64,000 nucleotides of DNA from Anaerolineae bacterium. GTDB taxonomy: Bacteria > Chloroflexota > Anaerolineae > B4-G1. The stretch lies in contig DAOTUB010000002.1 in assembly GCA_034437455.1 (NCBI GenBank), positions 3,176 through 67,175 on the forward strand. The letters are read 5' to 3'. Of the stretch, positions 63,831 through 64,000 are shown one piece after another (within the stretch, counting starts at the first letter, position 1; the number at the start of each line of letters is the position of its first letter). The notes beneath the pieces are model-generated. The model was given only the letters and a program-made list of their open reading frames with translations, was not told the origin of the DNA and searched no databases. The position numbers and the translations under genes are program-made.

Positions 63831-63948
63831 CTGGTGATTACCCACATCGTGTGTTTTGCATAACTGACTGACGCGGCTTTGCTCCCGTTCACCTGTATCA
63901 CCAGCCAGACTGATAAATCTGGCGACCTGAGATGTGGGTAATCACCAG
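63831..63948. repeat. perfect 17-bp inverted repeat separated by 84 nt
   Basis: CTGGTGATTACCCACAT (63831-47) and ATGTGGGTAATCACCAG (63932-48). Confidence 0.6.
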
Positions 63949-64000
63949 ATATCCTCCATGTAGAGAAATCCCACCCATGGAAAAAGAGAACGCTCCCATC

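Noticed and set aside
1-64000. Search for rRNA, tRNA, CRISPR arrays, transposases, integrases and phage genes
   Set aside because: No cloverleaf-compatible or rRNA-like segments were seen in the few non-coding gaps, and there are no repeat-spacer arrays. No ORF shows DDE, tyrosine- or serine-recombinase motifs. The only mobile DNA is non-autonomous (the MITE-like elements).

Overview
This is a GC-rich (about 60%) bacterial window. Gene content and repeat style suggest an anaerobic Chloroflexota-like organism, but that is inference only. Positions 1-28464 form one co-directional minus-strand array. It carries Wood-Ljungdahl genes (fhs, cooS/acsA, acsB, acsD, acsC, a RACo-type activator, cooC, acsE, folD) followed by two hdrABC-like sets, an extra short HdrA, a 1037-aa double-HdrA fusion and an HdrC/D-like gene that runs off the left edge. 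Non-pathway genes are interleaved in the same orientation: a RelE/ParE toxin-antitoxin pair, two tandem GNAT paralogues, an HNH nuclease pair, a Cys-less HMA-fold protein, a pseudo-receiver/Cys-rich fusion and a NarL regulator. I recognised no metF/metV, formate dehydrogenase or separate mvhD. The right half (28.5-64 kb) is mixed housekeeping and envelope DNA. It holds a PyrK/PyrD-like pair, an amidase, a TtcA-like gene, rfbB, a prepilin peptidase, GT39, GH5, O-antigen-ligase-like proteins, MATE, an ECF sigma/anti-sigma pair next to a 1574-aa LTD-CotH-beta-helix protein, a PLD protein, a PPC-repeat protein, a small 5x21-aa tandem-repeat protein and a second NarL regulator. The most unusual signal is at small scale. 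Two MITE-like families show terminal inverted repeats and 8-9 bp target-site duplications. One sits on the acsE stop codon, and two elements split an O-antigen-ligase/TPR gene whose frame is restored exactly when they are conceptually removed. Three families of 35-55 bp palindromic elements are translated in frame inside hdrA, the GNATs, a glycosidase/ligase fusion and the giant secreted protein. Word-type palindromes fill most intercistronic spacers of the Wood-Ljungdahl array. I saw no rRNA, tRNA, CRISPR array, transposase or integrase. All family names rest on motif recognition by eye, with no searches run. Element boundaries are accurate to about 2 nt.
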